Translations under genes and position numbers: made by a program
Origin: an uncultured Verrucomicrobiota bacterium
GTDB lineage: Bacteria; Verrucomicrobiota; Verrucomicrobiia; Limisphaerales; AAA164-E04
DNA: 64,000 nucleotides
Direction: 5' to 3'
NCBI GenBank assembly: GCA_964342825.1
Contig: CAYFHO010000003.1
Coordinates: forward strand, 42,971 to 106,970
Shown here: piece by piece, positions 38,704 to 47,609 of the stretch
How the letters are laid out: every line of letters begins with the position of its first letter
Position numbering within the stretch: the stretch's first letter is position 1
Notes under the pieces: model-generated
What the model saw: only the letters and a program-made list of their open reading frames with translations
Databases searched by the model: none
Told to the model about the DNA's origin: nothing

Positions 38704-41700
38704 GAGCCGGTTTTGTCAGTCAGTTCCTTGAATTCTCGTGAGTTCATGGTAAGTACCTCAGATTTTGAGGTATTCGGATCGATCATGGTTTGCACGTAAT
38801 ACTGCACGTACCTTTCGGCAACGCGGGCTTTGGCATCCAAGGGGGCAACAATCAAGAGCTGCAAGCCAAAGCTGGCAAATAGATCGAGGGCGTATTCCGC
38901 AAAATGGTCGTCGATTTTCGAGAACATCTCGTCCACCATGACGAAGTGGAAACGATCACTTTCGTCGGCGGCTGGGTCGATATCGTATTGGTAGGCAATG
39001 GCGGCAACCAGAATGGTGAACGCGAGCTTGGCCTTTTGGCCGCCCGACTGCCCTGCACTGTCTGAGTAGGAACTTCGCTCGTCTCCGGATTCCTGATCGA
39101 GTTCACGAGCGATAAAATCAAACCATCGTCGCACATCAGAGACTTTATTTCGCCACCGCTCTTCCTCGCCGAGGCGTCTGATGAGTTTTTCGATTCGTTT
39201 GAATCTGGCTTCGTTGGCTTCCAATGAATCTTCGAAACCACCACTGATGCACTCGCTGAGCTGTTGTTTGAATTCCGTGATTTCGCGATCGAAGACGTCC
39301 CTAGGCTCCAACCGCATAACTGTCCCGGGATTGAATTCCACGTTTTTCAAGGCTTGATTTAGAATCGCGATCTTGTTCCGAATTCGCCCTTGTTCAGTCT
39401 GCAAATTGCCATTTAGCAGGCCGATTTCATGCGTGACTTTTTCGTTCAGCCGTTCCTTGAAGCGTTTTTCATGGTGCGGCAATCCTTCCGACTCGATTTT
39501 TTCCAATCTATCTAAAAATGACCCGAGATACTCCGACTGAGGTTTCATATCGCGTTCAAATTGCGCGAATTTACGCAAAAAGCGCCCCATACTCTGTTCG
39601 AGGTTGGCGCGGATGGGATCCAGTTCCTTGCGTGCCATTTCAATTTGTTCGTAGTTGTCGCGATTAAAATTCTGCTCAGCCTGATTGAGATTTTCAGGAG
39701 TCAAAGTGCCTTTCGGGTATTCGGTATCCAATCGTGAAAAATATCCTTGGTGTATGGTTAGTTCACCTGAAGCTTCGAATTTAGTCCAAGCCGAAGAAGC
39801 ATTGGCCAATCGTTGTTCCAGATTATCACGTGTGTCCTTCAAGCGAGCTTCCTGCCGTAGTGAGTCGTCGCGGTCATCATTGAGTTTCGCTTTGCGTTCT
39901 ACTGCACGTTTCAGTTCGGTCTTAAGTACGCGGATACTGTCATCAGCTTGCTCTAGCTCCTCCTTTTCCTTTTTCAACCGATAGATTGTGAGGGCTTCAC
40001 TCCGGTAATCGATCTGCTCGTAGGAATTAAACTTCAATGCTTGTTCAATGGCGTGAAGGCGTCTGTTAATACGGCCGAGTGCCCCCTTTTTTCGGTCTCT
40101 CTTTTCAGTCAGCTGATGGACGGTGGAGCCGAAGTCTTTGATTCGCATTTCTAAGTGCTGGATTTTAGCTTTGTTGTCCCAACCAAGAACATAGCGCCCG
40201 GGGTCCACCTGCTTGGTTCGGTCGTCTTTAACGTGGTATACGCTGCTAGTCTTGACGTGCCGCTCTTTCGTCATTGCAAATTCTTTAGCAGAGCGAAATT
40301 CATCCATGGTTTCGCAGCACGTATAATTGAAGCGTTGTTCCAATTGAATTTGTAACCATGGAAGGAGTGAGTGATTGGATTTGAGATTGATTTTGTTAAG
40401 AAGTGAATTCGGGAGAATGAGGGATTCGTGAGACGTGGTGACATCAGATTCCACCTTGAGGTAAACCAGACGCTGCCCTTCATTTCGGTTGTTGGCCAAT
40501 CTCGTACGTTCTACGTAGTTGCTGACCTGTCGGTAATGTTCCTTTGGAACGAGTAAGCTGAGGCCAAAGCTGCGCAGTACCATTTCGATGGAACTCTCCC
40601 ATTCGCGGTGTTCCTGTTTTACCGAAATCAGTTCAGCTGCATAAGGCAGACTTGCTTCCTGTAGCCCGAGATTTCGACAGATCTCAGCCCTAAGTTCCAC
40701 CAAACTTTCATCCATGTTGGTCCGCCTCTGTTTGAGCGCGTTTCGTTCCCGTTCCAGGTTCTCCTTTTGTTTTGTCGCTTCGCGTAATTCAATAGCGAGG
40801 TTAGTTACCTCATCGTCGAAGCGCCTGAATTCCGGCTTCAGCCTACTCTGAAGTTCGTTGAGTTCTTTTCGTTTTGCGACGAAGCTGTCCGCGTCGCTGA
40901 TTTCCGGTCGAAGTTCAGCCGATTTCAACGTTTCACCGAATTCGTTGAACGCCCGTTCTTTGTGTGATCTTTCAGTTTCGTGTAATTTGATCAAATTCGG
41001 GATCTCTTTCAGTCGATCACCTCCAGCATTCTCAATGTCATTTGTCAGCTTGGTGATATCAGAATCCGCCCGACCAATTTCCTCCTTTAGTTGTTGGATC
41101 GTTGTCCTGATCCGTTGAAGTTGATCGGAGACCTCATTGAATAGCGGGCGGAGCAATTTAAGTGTTCGCAACACGAAGTATGCCTCGGCCGCTGCTTTGA
41201 GAGCTTGCAGTTCCGTGAGTCGTTTTGATTGCTCATTAAATGATTCTCCAAATTTGGCAACCGGCAGCAGCAGATCCCGCTGATCGCGAATATCCACCAA
41301 GGAATTGTATGCTTCCGAAAGGTCCGCGAAGTGTCCAAGGATACCCTTGATTTGATGACCACAGTCAGGTTTTTCCAACATATGGGCACGAATGAAATCG
41401 TTGAGACTGCGAATGTCTTTTACTGCGACGGTCTGATTGAAGACGTCCATCGCCTTTTCTTGCATGCCGGCATAGGTGCGGATCCTTTTCGAGTACTCAG
41501 CAAAATGGGGCGATGCTTCCCAGCCTTTTCGTATTATCTTCTTTCGTAGCTGTGCCGTGCCTTGAATGCCGTTCAAGTGGTCTGCGATTGAGCGTTCTTG
41601 TTCCGAGAAACAGAAAACCTTGTGAATCTTCTCATCAGTTCCGGGAACCAGCACTTGTGCGATGGTGAACTCTTTTTGACTCCCTGAATTGACGAAGTGG

Positions 41701-42068
41701 GCTAGCAGACAGGAATAGAACTGATATCCGGTTCGGAGGTAGCGAGTCTGGGCACGATTACTTTCTTCAGAACTTCCATGGCCGTAAGCCCCCTTTACGT
41801 AACTGGACTCATTCCGTTCACGCTTACCCGTTGTTCCAGCTGCGACATTGTAATTTCGAATATTCTGAGGAACCAACAGAGTGAGAATGGCGTCGACCAA
41901 CGTGGATTTGCCTGAACCGTTCAGGCCGACCAAAAGCGTCGCTCTTCCATTCGGGCGAACGGTGTAAACCTGCCCGTCTGAACTGTCGAAAGTGCCCCAA
42001 TTGAACACCTCCATCTTGCTCAGACGAAATCCAGGAAAGGCAGGCAACTTATGGAAATGTTCATCCAT
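38700..42068 (-). CDS. jetC: Wadjet JetC (SMC/MukB-like ABC ATPase)
   Basis: 1122 aa. Walker A GLNGSGKST (41901-41927), about 800 aa of coiled-coil-like E/K/R/L-rich sequence, then the signature-like SGGQKAKL and Walker B FHFVMVDEMFSKID. Confidence 0.85.
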   Translation of the reverse strand: MDEHFHKLPAFPGFRLSKMEVFNWGTFDSSDGQVYTVRPNGRATLLVGLNGSGKSTLVDAILTLLVPQNIRNYNVAAGTTGKRERNESSYVKGAYGHGSSEESNRAQTRYLRTGYQFYSCLLAHFVNSGSQKEFTIAQVLVPGTDEKIHKVFCFSEQERSIADHLNGIQGTAQLRKKIIRKGWEASPHFAEYSKRIRTYAGMQEKAMDVFNQTVAVKDIRSLNDFIRAHMLEKPDCGHQIKGILGHFADLSEAYNSLVDIRDQRDLLLPVAKFGESFNEQSKRLTELQALKAAAEAYFVLRTLKLLRPLFNEVSDQLQRIRTTIQQLKEEIGRADSDITKLTNDIENAGGDRLKEIPNLIKLHETERSHKERAFNEFGETLKSAELRPEISDADSFVAKRKELNELQSRLKPEFRRFDDEVTNLAIELREATKQKENLERERNALKQRRTNMDESLVELRAEICRNLGLQEASLPYAAELISVKQEHREWESSIEMVLRSFGLSLLVPKEHYRQVSNYVERTRLANNRNEGQRLVYLKVESDVTTSHESLILPNSLLNKINLKSNHSLLPWLQIQLEQRFNYTCCETMDEFRSAKEFAMTKERHVKTSSVYHVKDDRTKQVDPGRYVLGWDNKAKIQHLEMRIKDFGSTVHQLTEKRDRKKGALGRINRRLHAIEQALKFNSYEQIDYRSEALTIYRLKKEKEELEQADDSIRVLKTELKRAVERKAKLNDDRDDSLRQEARLKDTRDNLEQRLANASSAWTKFEASGELTIHQGYFSRLDTEYPKGTLTPENLNQAEQNFNRDNYEQIEMARKELDPIRANLEQSMGRFLRKFAQFERDMKPQSEYLGSFLDRLEKIESEGLPHHEKRFKERLNEKVTHEIGLLNGNLQTEQGRIRNKIAILNQALKNVEFNPGTVMRLEPRDVFDREITEFKQQLSECISGGFEDSLEANEARFKRIEKLIRRLGEEERWRNKVSDVRRWFDFIARELDQESGDERSSYSDSAGQSGGQKAKLAFTILVAAIAYQYDIDPAADESDRFHFVMVDEMFSKIDDHFAEYALDLFASFGLQLLIVAPLDAKARVAERYVQYYVQTMIDPNTSKSEVLTMNSREFKELTDKTGS

Positions 42069-42711
42069 CGCGTGAATCGCCGGAATTTTGGGCGTCGTGC
42101 TTAACTACGTGTTCGTTTAGCATTTGCCGAATGTCTTCCAATTGTTGCACCCCGATTCGTGCCTTGAGAATTCGGCGAATTTCTAAGTCGTCGCCGTCTG
42201 GATTCAACGGCTTTAGAAAACCAAGATCCTTGACCGTTCTGATGGCTGAATCGAAGTCTCGCTGAAGTTTTCCTTCATTGCTGTTCTCTGGAACGAATGC
42301 TTTCCAATCTTCATATAAATCGGCCTTACGAACCACACAACGTGTTGAGTCTACCTGTTCGTCATCAAAACGACGAAGTTCATCACGAAGCATTACGCAA
42401 AGCACAGTTGCTGCATATCCCAAGCGGCTCTTCTGAAACAGCTTCGGCAGATTCTCATAACCTTCTGGTGCTTGGTCGTCTTCCCCGATCGGACGGAGGA
42501 ATGCGTAGCCTTCCGGTTCATCCAAAATCAACACCATCCCAATGAATGCGAAATGCCTCTCCAGACGGGAGCGATGTGTCAATACGATTTCCCAAACCCG
42601 CTCGTCAGATTCGTAAACCACCCCTTGCAAGAGTCTGACAGCTGCGGTGCTAGCGTCATGAAAGTCTGGAAATGTGAATCCTACCGCTGTGCGTTGTTGC
42701 GCGTCGTCCAT
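42061..42711 (-). CDS. jetB: Wadjet JetB (DUF4194-like, MukE/KITE analogue)
   Basis: 216 aa. LLQGVVYESDERVWEIVLTHRSRLERHFAFIGMVLILDEPEGYAFLR matches my memory of the DUF4194 core. There is an 8-nt overlap with jetC. Confidence 0.75.
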   Translation of the reverse strand: MDDAQQRTAVGFTFPDFHDASTAAVRLLQGVVYESDERVWEIVLTHRSRLERHFAFIGMVLILDEPEGYAFLRPIGEDDQAPEGYENLPKLFQKSRLGYAATVLCVMLRDELRRFDDEQVDSTRCVVRKADLYEDWKAFVPENSNEGKLQRDFDSAIRTVKDLGFLKPLNPDGDDLEIRRILKARIGVQQLEDIRQMLNEHVVKHDAQNSGDSRDG

Positions 42712-44177
42712 TATTCCTCTTTGGCTTGGTTTCGAAATACCACATGAGGTAAATCAATGACTCGGGTGGATTTGCCCTCCTCTTCTAGTCGGATCTCGTC
42801 TGTGAGATCTGCATCAACATAATGATCATCCTGTCGCGCGATCTGCAAGTAACCTAACAATTCCACGGCACCAGCCTTGGGAGGATGAAGGCCGACAAGT
42901 TCCGGCAGACTGATCGCGGGCTTCGCATCTAAACATTGGCGGATTTTGTCGCGCATCCCTTTCCAATCCAGTCGGGCCATCTGTGCCAACATCCGAAATG
43001 CCGCGCCCCGTTTATTCTCGCCTGGCGAATGCTCGCTGACAGAAACTGGATCGAATGTCTGGGGAGGATTCCAGAATGTTCGATGAAACGGATTGGAGAT
43101 CGCGATTCCATGGTCAATTTCGATTGAAAAGTCTCCTTTCGGTGGATTATCAACGCATCTCGTGGCCAAACCCTTGATCTCTTTAAGCAAATGCCGGAGC
43201 CGTCGACGATCATTCACCGCATCCTCGTCCAGCAATCGTCGCAATGCAGTGGTCAGACGCTGGTTCGTGCTCATGATCTTGCGAGCTTCAGCCAGCAACA
43301 TAGGAACCATCTCGTGGAGATGCCGAAGACCATCATTGTGATCAGACAATTCCTTCAGCTCGCTGATGCGCGCGGTCCTCTCCTGAAGTTGCGACTGCTG
43401 CTTGGGCGAAAGAATCAGGCTTACGAAGGCATAGAAGCTGACACCTTGATCGTCCTGCTTTAGACAGTCTTCCTCATCCAATGCGAAACCTAGCAAACCT
43501 CCCCTACTATCGCTTTCGGCGATCTGCCGTTTCTGCACTTCTCTTGTAATGGACTTGAATCGTTCCTCGACCATTCTGAAATCGCCGAGCAATTCCTTGA
43601 GTTGTCTCAAGACGAAGAAAAACAACTCCCGAATCTGGGCTGCTTCGTAACGAAGTACATCACCGGTTCTCTGTATGTCATTCATTTCCGCTTCGATTTG
43701 ACACTTTTTTTCTTGAAGGTGCTGCAGTCGCCCCTCCGGATCATCAGAAGCGTGTATCACGATTTCCTCTAGTTTCTGCAGTACAAGTCGAATTCTAGAT
43801 TCTGTAGCAATTGAGCCGAGATCCTTTTGCACAGCACGGTCCAGAAATTGAATGACATCCTCTGTATGCGGTGTGAGTTGAAATTGAGCCTCGTCAGACC
43901 CTTTGTCGTAATAACGGGTTAGATAGCGCGAATCTTCGTGACACCATTCGTTGAGATAGTCTTCGGGACGTTGCACCAGTGCATCAGGCTCTGTTTCCTG
44001 TATCTCGTCGCGATAGGCACGAAGTTCAACGAGCAATTCAGTTTCTGGAATTGTGATACGTCCGCCTGTTTTGAACTGGCGAAACAGGAATTCGATGACG
44101 TAGGGAGCTGTTCCTGCCCGAAGGAGTTTTACCGAGGGCGAAGTCTTAAAGAATGTCTGCAGATCACGAAGCTTCAC
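42711..44177 (-). CDS. jetA: Wadjet JetA (DUF3375-like, MukF/kleisin analogue)
   Basis: 488 aa with a GTG start. The N-terminus PSVKLLRAGTAPYVIEFLFRQFKTGGRITIPETELLVEL is typical of DUF3375. There is a 1-nt overlap with jetB (TAATG). Confidence 0.75.
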   Translation of the reverse strand: MKLRDLQTFFKTSPSVKLLRAGTAPYVIEFLFRQFKTGGRITIPETELLVELRAYRDEIQETEPDALVQRPEDYLNEWCHEDSRYLTRYYDKGSDEAQFQLTPHTEDVIQFLDRAVQKDLGSIATESRIRLVLQKLEEIVIHASDDPEGRLQHLQEKKCQIEAEMNDIQRTGDVLRYEAAQIRELFFFVLRQLKELLGDFRMVEERFKSITREVQKRQIAESDSRGGLLGFALDEEDCLKQDDQGVSFYAFVSLILSPKQQSQLQERTARISELKELSDHNDGLRHLHEMVPMLLAEARKIMSTNQRLTTALRRLLDEDAVNDRRRLRHLLKEIKGLATRCVDNPPKGDFSIEIDHGIAISNPFHRTFWNPPQTFDPVSVSEHSPGENKRGAAFRMLAQMARLDWKGMRDKIRQCLDAKPAISLPELVGLHPPKAGAVELLGYLQIARQDDHYVDADLTDEIRLEEEGKSTRVIDLPHVVFRNQAKEE

Positions 44178-44986
44178 AGTGCAAAACGGAATGTTGCCAT
44201 TTCATTCGAAAAAATAGTGCATACCATTGGACAAATACCGTCCAAGGCTGAAGTTTTTAGGATTAGGTTGCCTCTTCGTCATAAATTTTTTGCAGCGGCT
44301 CGGCATTGGTGGAAAGCGAGTCGGAGTGGGATAGCCTGGTCTAAACGCTCTTCCCTCCCAATAGACCCAAGTATTTATTGTATCGGCCACTTTCCGATTT
44401 CCATATCAATCTTCCCCTGAATGCTGCATAGCATGAAACTTATTGACGCTCATTCAATTTTTGAACCAACCAGATTGATAGCATGTTACGTCACAGTAGG
44501 ATCTGATTTTCTGGTTGTCAAGATCCTTGCATCGAGAAGGCCATAGGTTGAAGCGACCAAGGACCAAAGTCGTTCATTTCAGCCATCCAAACATGGAATC
44601 ATGGCTTGAGTGGAGGAGTCTGTCGAAGCTGTATTGAGGTTTGCAATAGCGGCGTACTCACACCGAATCACCTATAGTGTGGAGGGCGTTCGAAACTTTC
44701 TATGCCTTATCGCTTTGGGTTTGTAGAAACCATACGGGGAGATTTTGGTAGCGAAATTGCCGTGATGACTTGTGCAAATTGGATATGGACAGGCTCGATT
44801 CATTGTAAGAGAGGAGGACAATGGATCTGTCTTTTTTTTGATCAATGCCCAACTTATACAAGCAGAGAGAGGTGCGCGGCTACCAATAGCTAAATTCCAC
44901 AATTGACGGCAGAAGCACAGGTTTAACCTTTCTTTACTGCCAATTGTAGAAGATTGTAAGTGTGCACTTCGATGATTTTTGGGAAT

Positions 44987-45388
44987 TCACGTAGGTGTGA
45001 TGAGATTGATGTTGGGAAAATAAGTTCGATAGCGAGCCACGTCCCGGGTGACTAGTGTGTAGCCTTCGACCTCAGCGTGCGCTCCAATGTAGAAATCTGG
45101 CATCGGCGACATCTTCGTACCTCCGCTGCGTCTGTATTTCAAAAACGCTTGCGAGGCGAGCCATCCCGCGGAGTAGGGCAATGATAATCGTTGAAACACC
45201 TCTGGATCGAGCCAACGATCAAGGTCTGCAGCTGTGGCGAATGCTGGGGCAAGCTCGGCGTAGATGATAGGATTGATAGGAATCGGCCCCTTCGCAGCAG
45301 CACGACGGAATTCTTCTTCCGACCATGCCAGCCAGGCGGTATCAGCGGTGGCGATATCGAGCAGGACGTTCGTGTCGAAAAGAATCAT
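44987..45388 (-). CDS. vapC: PIN-domain toxin VapC
   Basis: 133 aa. MILFDTNVLLD carries the first acidic PIN residue, and there is a later ...HAEVEGYTLVTRD segment. There is a 4-nt overlap with the upstream antitoxin gene. Confidence 0.75.
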   Translation of the reverse strand: MILFDTNVLLDIATADTAWLAWSEEEFRRAAAKGPIPINPIIYAELAPAFATAADLDRWLDPEVFQRLSLPYSAGWLASQAFLKYRRSGGTKMSPMPDFYIGAHAEVEGYTLVTRDVARYRTYFPNINLITPT

Positions 45389-45588
45389 TCCTCGCTTCGA
45401 GTGAGTTTCATCACATCCTCGGTTTTCAAGTCAGGCTTCGCCGCACCGCGTGCACTTTGCAGCCAATTTTCAACTGGCGGAGGCGTGGCACGTTCTTGAC
45501 GGAAAGCTTCAAACCAACGCGCCAATTGATCCACTTGCGGCTTGGGCAATTTTTCAATCGCGGCTTCAATTTCAGCAACGCTACTCAT
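45385..45588 (-). CDS. VapB-type antitoxin (addiction-module component)
   Basis: 67 aa. EIEAAIEKLPKPQVDQLARWFEAF plus the C-terminal RGAAKPDLKTEDVMKLTR is a pattern common in partners of PIN toxins. Confidence 0.6.
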   Translation of the reverse strand: MSSVAEIEAAIEKLPKPQVDQLARWFEAFRQERATPPPVENWLQSARGAAKPDLKTEDVMKLTRSEE

Positions 45589-45740
45589 AGCAGCAATCTA
45601 GCACGCCACCCCCTCGGCAGGCAAGAATCGAACTGCTCATCTTGGATAGCACGTGCATTCGCCTATAGGTATTAGAACATGCTTGTAGTTTGTGAGGATG
45701 AATGATCGAGTGTAGGAATGTTGATTCAGTTACTACCAGC

Positions 45741-45761
45741 TGTTGGAAAAGTGTTGGAAAA
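45741..45761 (+). repeat. two TGTTGGAAA motifs on the tRNA-proximal island arm
   Basis: TGTTGGAAA occurs at 45741-45749 and 45753-45761, about 140-160 bp from the 47-bp core at 45902. Confidence 0.75.
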
Positions 45762-45901
45762 ATTGTGCCACTTGAAGAATTGGATCAGAAAGGTGAGCAG
45801 CGTCCCCCTTTCTTCCCGAATTCTCTCCCAATGATCCCGAAAACGAAAACTGCGGTTCTTTAAACCGTCGATATAAAAATATAATAATATTTACATCTTA
45901 G

Positions 45902-45977
45902 TGGTACTCCTGCCGGGACTCGAACCCAGATCGACGGTTTAGGAAACCGATGTTCTATCCAGTTGAACTACAGGAGC
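45902..45977 (-). tRNA. tRNA-Arg (anticodon CCT), 76 nt with encoded CCA
   Basis: Hand-folded. Acceptor GCTCCTG/CAGGAGT; D arm GTTC-AACTGGATA-GAAC; anticodon arm TCGGT-TTCCTAA-ACCGT (U33, CCT, A37, with a 27:43 T-T mismatch); 4-nt variable loop; T arm CTGGG-TTCGAGT-CCCGG; A73 and CCA. Confidence 0.85.
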
Positions 45978-46065
45978 ACGTAGGAGTCGAGGTTTAGCAT
46001 GGGTAAATTGGTTTGCGAAGCCAAAAAATGATTGGAACAGGAGTTTCTTCTCGATTTCCAGATTT

Positions 46066-46935
46066 TTACGGGTTTTGTTTGCTGAGTCTTTGAACCTGTC
46101 TCAAAAGGATTGGAAAGGCAGGCTCGGTCATTCCGTGACCGTAGCCTTGGAGTTCGTAGAGGATCGTTTCTTTGTGTCCGGCGACTTTCATCATACGCAT
46201 CATGTAGGCGTTTTCTTCATATCTGCCGAGCAATTCCAATTCACGATCTCCGGTAATAAGTATGAGTGGTGGAGCATCGGCCCTGACATGATAGAGCGGT
46301 GCCAATGCATCAATGATGGGTTGTTCGCCGGCAATGCCCCTCTCCTCACGGACGGTGAAGTGTGTGATGGTGTGTCCGCTGAATGGTATCAAACCGGCAA
46401 TCGAGTTGGCATCTATGGAATGAGCCGCGAGCCATTGCTTGTCCAAACCGATCATGGATGCAAGGTATCCTCCTGCGGAATGTCCAGAGAGGTAGATTAA
46501 GTTAGGATCACCTCCATATTCTGATATATGTTTGAATACCCAGGCAACTGCGGCAGCAGCATCCTGGATATAGACGGGGCTTTTAACTTTCGGAAACAAT
46601 CGGTAGTTCGGGGCTACGATGATCATTCCCTGTTCTCTGAGCCTGGAGGGAATCTGCTTTTCCCCACTGCGCAATCCCCCACCATGGAACCAGATGATAG
46701 TTGGTGCATGGTTGGCTTCTTCCGGAACGTAAATATCCAACTTACATCTTTGTGCGGCATAGGCATCGAAACCTGGTTGATGGGCGACAAGGTAGGGAAT
46801 ATCGCTATGTGATTGTTGCTGTTTTTTCTCTGAAGCTGAAAGATCCAGGCCAGGAATGGCTTTTCCTGATAGGATCAAAATCAACATCAGGAGATGAAAA
46901 ATATCCTGTTTTAGGGACAGACGATTTGAATTCAT
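46066..46935 (-). CDS. alpha/beta hydrolase (esterase/lipase-like), secreted
   Basis: Oxyanion motif WFHGGG and nucleophile elbow GHSAGG. Signal peptide present. Confidence 0.7.
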   Translation of the reverse strand: MNSNRLSLKQDIFHLLMLILILSGKAIPGLDLSASEKKQQQSHSDIPYLVAHQPGFDAYAAQRCKLDIYVPEEANHAPTIIWFHGGGLRSGEKQIPSRLREQGMIIVAPNYRLFPKVKSPVYIQDAAAAVAWVFKHISEYGGDPNLIYLSGHSAGGYLASMIGLDKQWLAAHSIDANSIAGLIPFSGHTITHFTVREERGIAGEQPIIDALAPLYHVRADAPPLILITGDRELELLGRYEENAYMMRMMKVAGHKETILYELQGYGHGMTEPAFPILLRQVQRLSKQNP

Positions 46936-46967
46936 GACTGGTAAAAGTTAAGCGGAAAAACCAAAGG

Positions 46968-47609
46968 CTACTGAGTGATGACTCCACCCTCCCCTGGTTG
47001 TTCCTGGTAATTCATGTAAGCCAGATAAGCCATCATCATGCACAAGAAAACTCGGTTCATTTGCAAAGCCCAAACGGCAACCAGACTTGCAATCACAACC
47101 CCAACCCAGCGGACGGTTTCTCGTCGGGACGGCCCCATGAAATCTCTAAAAATTTGTCCACCATCCAGTGGTTGAATGGGAAGAAGGTTGAGAATTGTCC
47201 AAAAGGTATTGATCCAGATCGTGAATGCCAATAGGTAGCCTAGAATAGGTGAAACACTTGAAACCAATGGGTAGCCCAGGAAAGCAATCAGTCCCAGTAT
47301 CAAGCTGGCGAGTGGCCCTGCAAAACTCACGAACATGCTTTGATTACGGGAAAAATAAGCGCCTGGCAAAGTCGTCACGCCACCAAAACCATGCAGATGA
47401 ATGCTCGGAACAGCCCCGTATTTGCGTCCAGCAAAAGCATGCCCCAGTTCATGGACCATGATGGATATAAAAGCTGCCACCATGAACAATACCGGCCCCA
47501 GGAGCTGATCGGCCCTCTGAAGGTGAATGCCACCGCCCAGCAGAAACATGGTCAGCCAGAACCACCAATGAACCGTTACAGGGAAACCCATGAATTGAAA
47601 TCGCCACAT
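46968..47609 (-). CDS. site-2 protease (M50) family membrane metalloprotease
   Basis: A polytopic membrane protein with an HELGH zinc motif inside a transmembrane segment. Confidence 0.7.
   Translation of the reverse strand: MWRFQFMGFPVTVHWWFWLTMFLLGGGIHLQRADQLLGPVLFMVAAFISIMVHELGHAFAGRKYGAVPSIHLHGFGGVTTLPGAYFSRNQSMFVSFAGPLASLILGLIAFLGYPLVSSVSPILGYLLAFTIWINTFWTILNLLPIQPLDGGQIFRDFMGPSRRETVRWVGVVIASLVAVWALQMNRVFLCMMMAYLAYMNYQEQPGEGGVITQ

Larger units (their letters stand above)
37047..45948. mobile_element. integrase-less genomic (defence) island inserted at tRNA-Arg(CCT)
   Basis: Bounded by perfect 47-bp direct repeats, one of which is the 3' part of the intact tRNA. The cargo is jetABCD, vapBC and one small ORF. 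No recombinase ORF is present. Confidence 0.75.

Noticed and set aside
38852-41549. Multiple 60-130-aa ORFs inside and antisense to jetC (38852-39244, 39685-39984, 40155-40355, 40858-41118, 41087-41389, 41331-41549)
   Set aside because: They lie entirely within a strongly supported 1122-aa gene. Their Ser/Arg-rich composition is low-complexity, which is typical of frames read across coiled-coil codons. None has a motif.
44178-45901. Search for an integrase or excisionase gene, or an obvious remnant of one, next to the tRNA
   Set aside because: None of the six-frame ORFs in 44178-44986 or 45589-45901 shows recombinase-like motifs (no R..HxxR..Y-type segments). Absence by eye is not proof, so a blastx search is suggested.
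37047-45948. A GC-content shift between the island and its flanks as independent evidence of horizontal transfer
   Set aside because: Spot counts on a few 60-nt lines ranged from 43% to 58% with no clear contrast. This needs a proper sliding-window calculation, so no claim is made.
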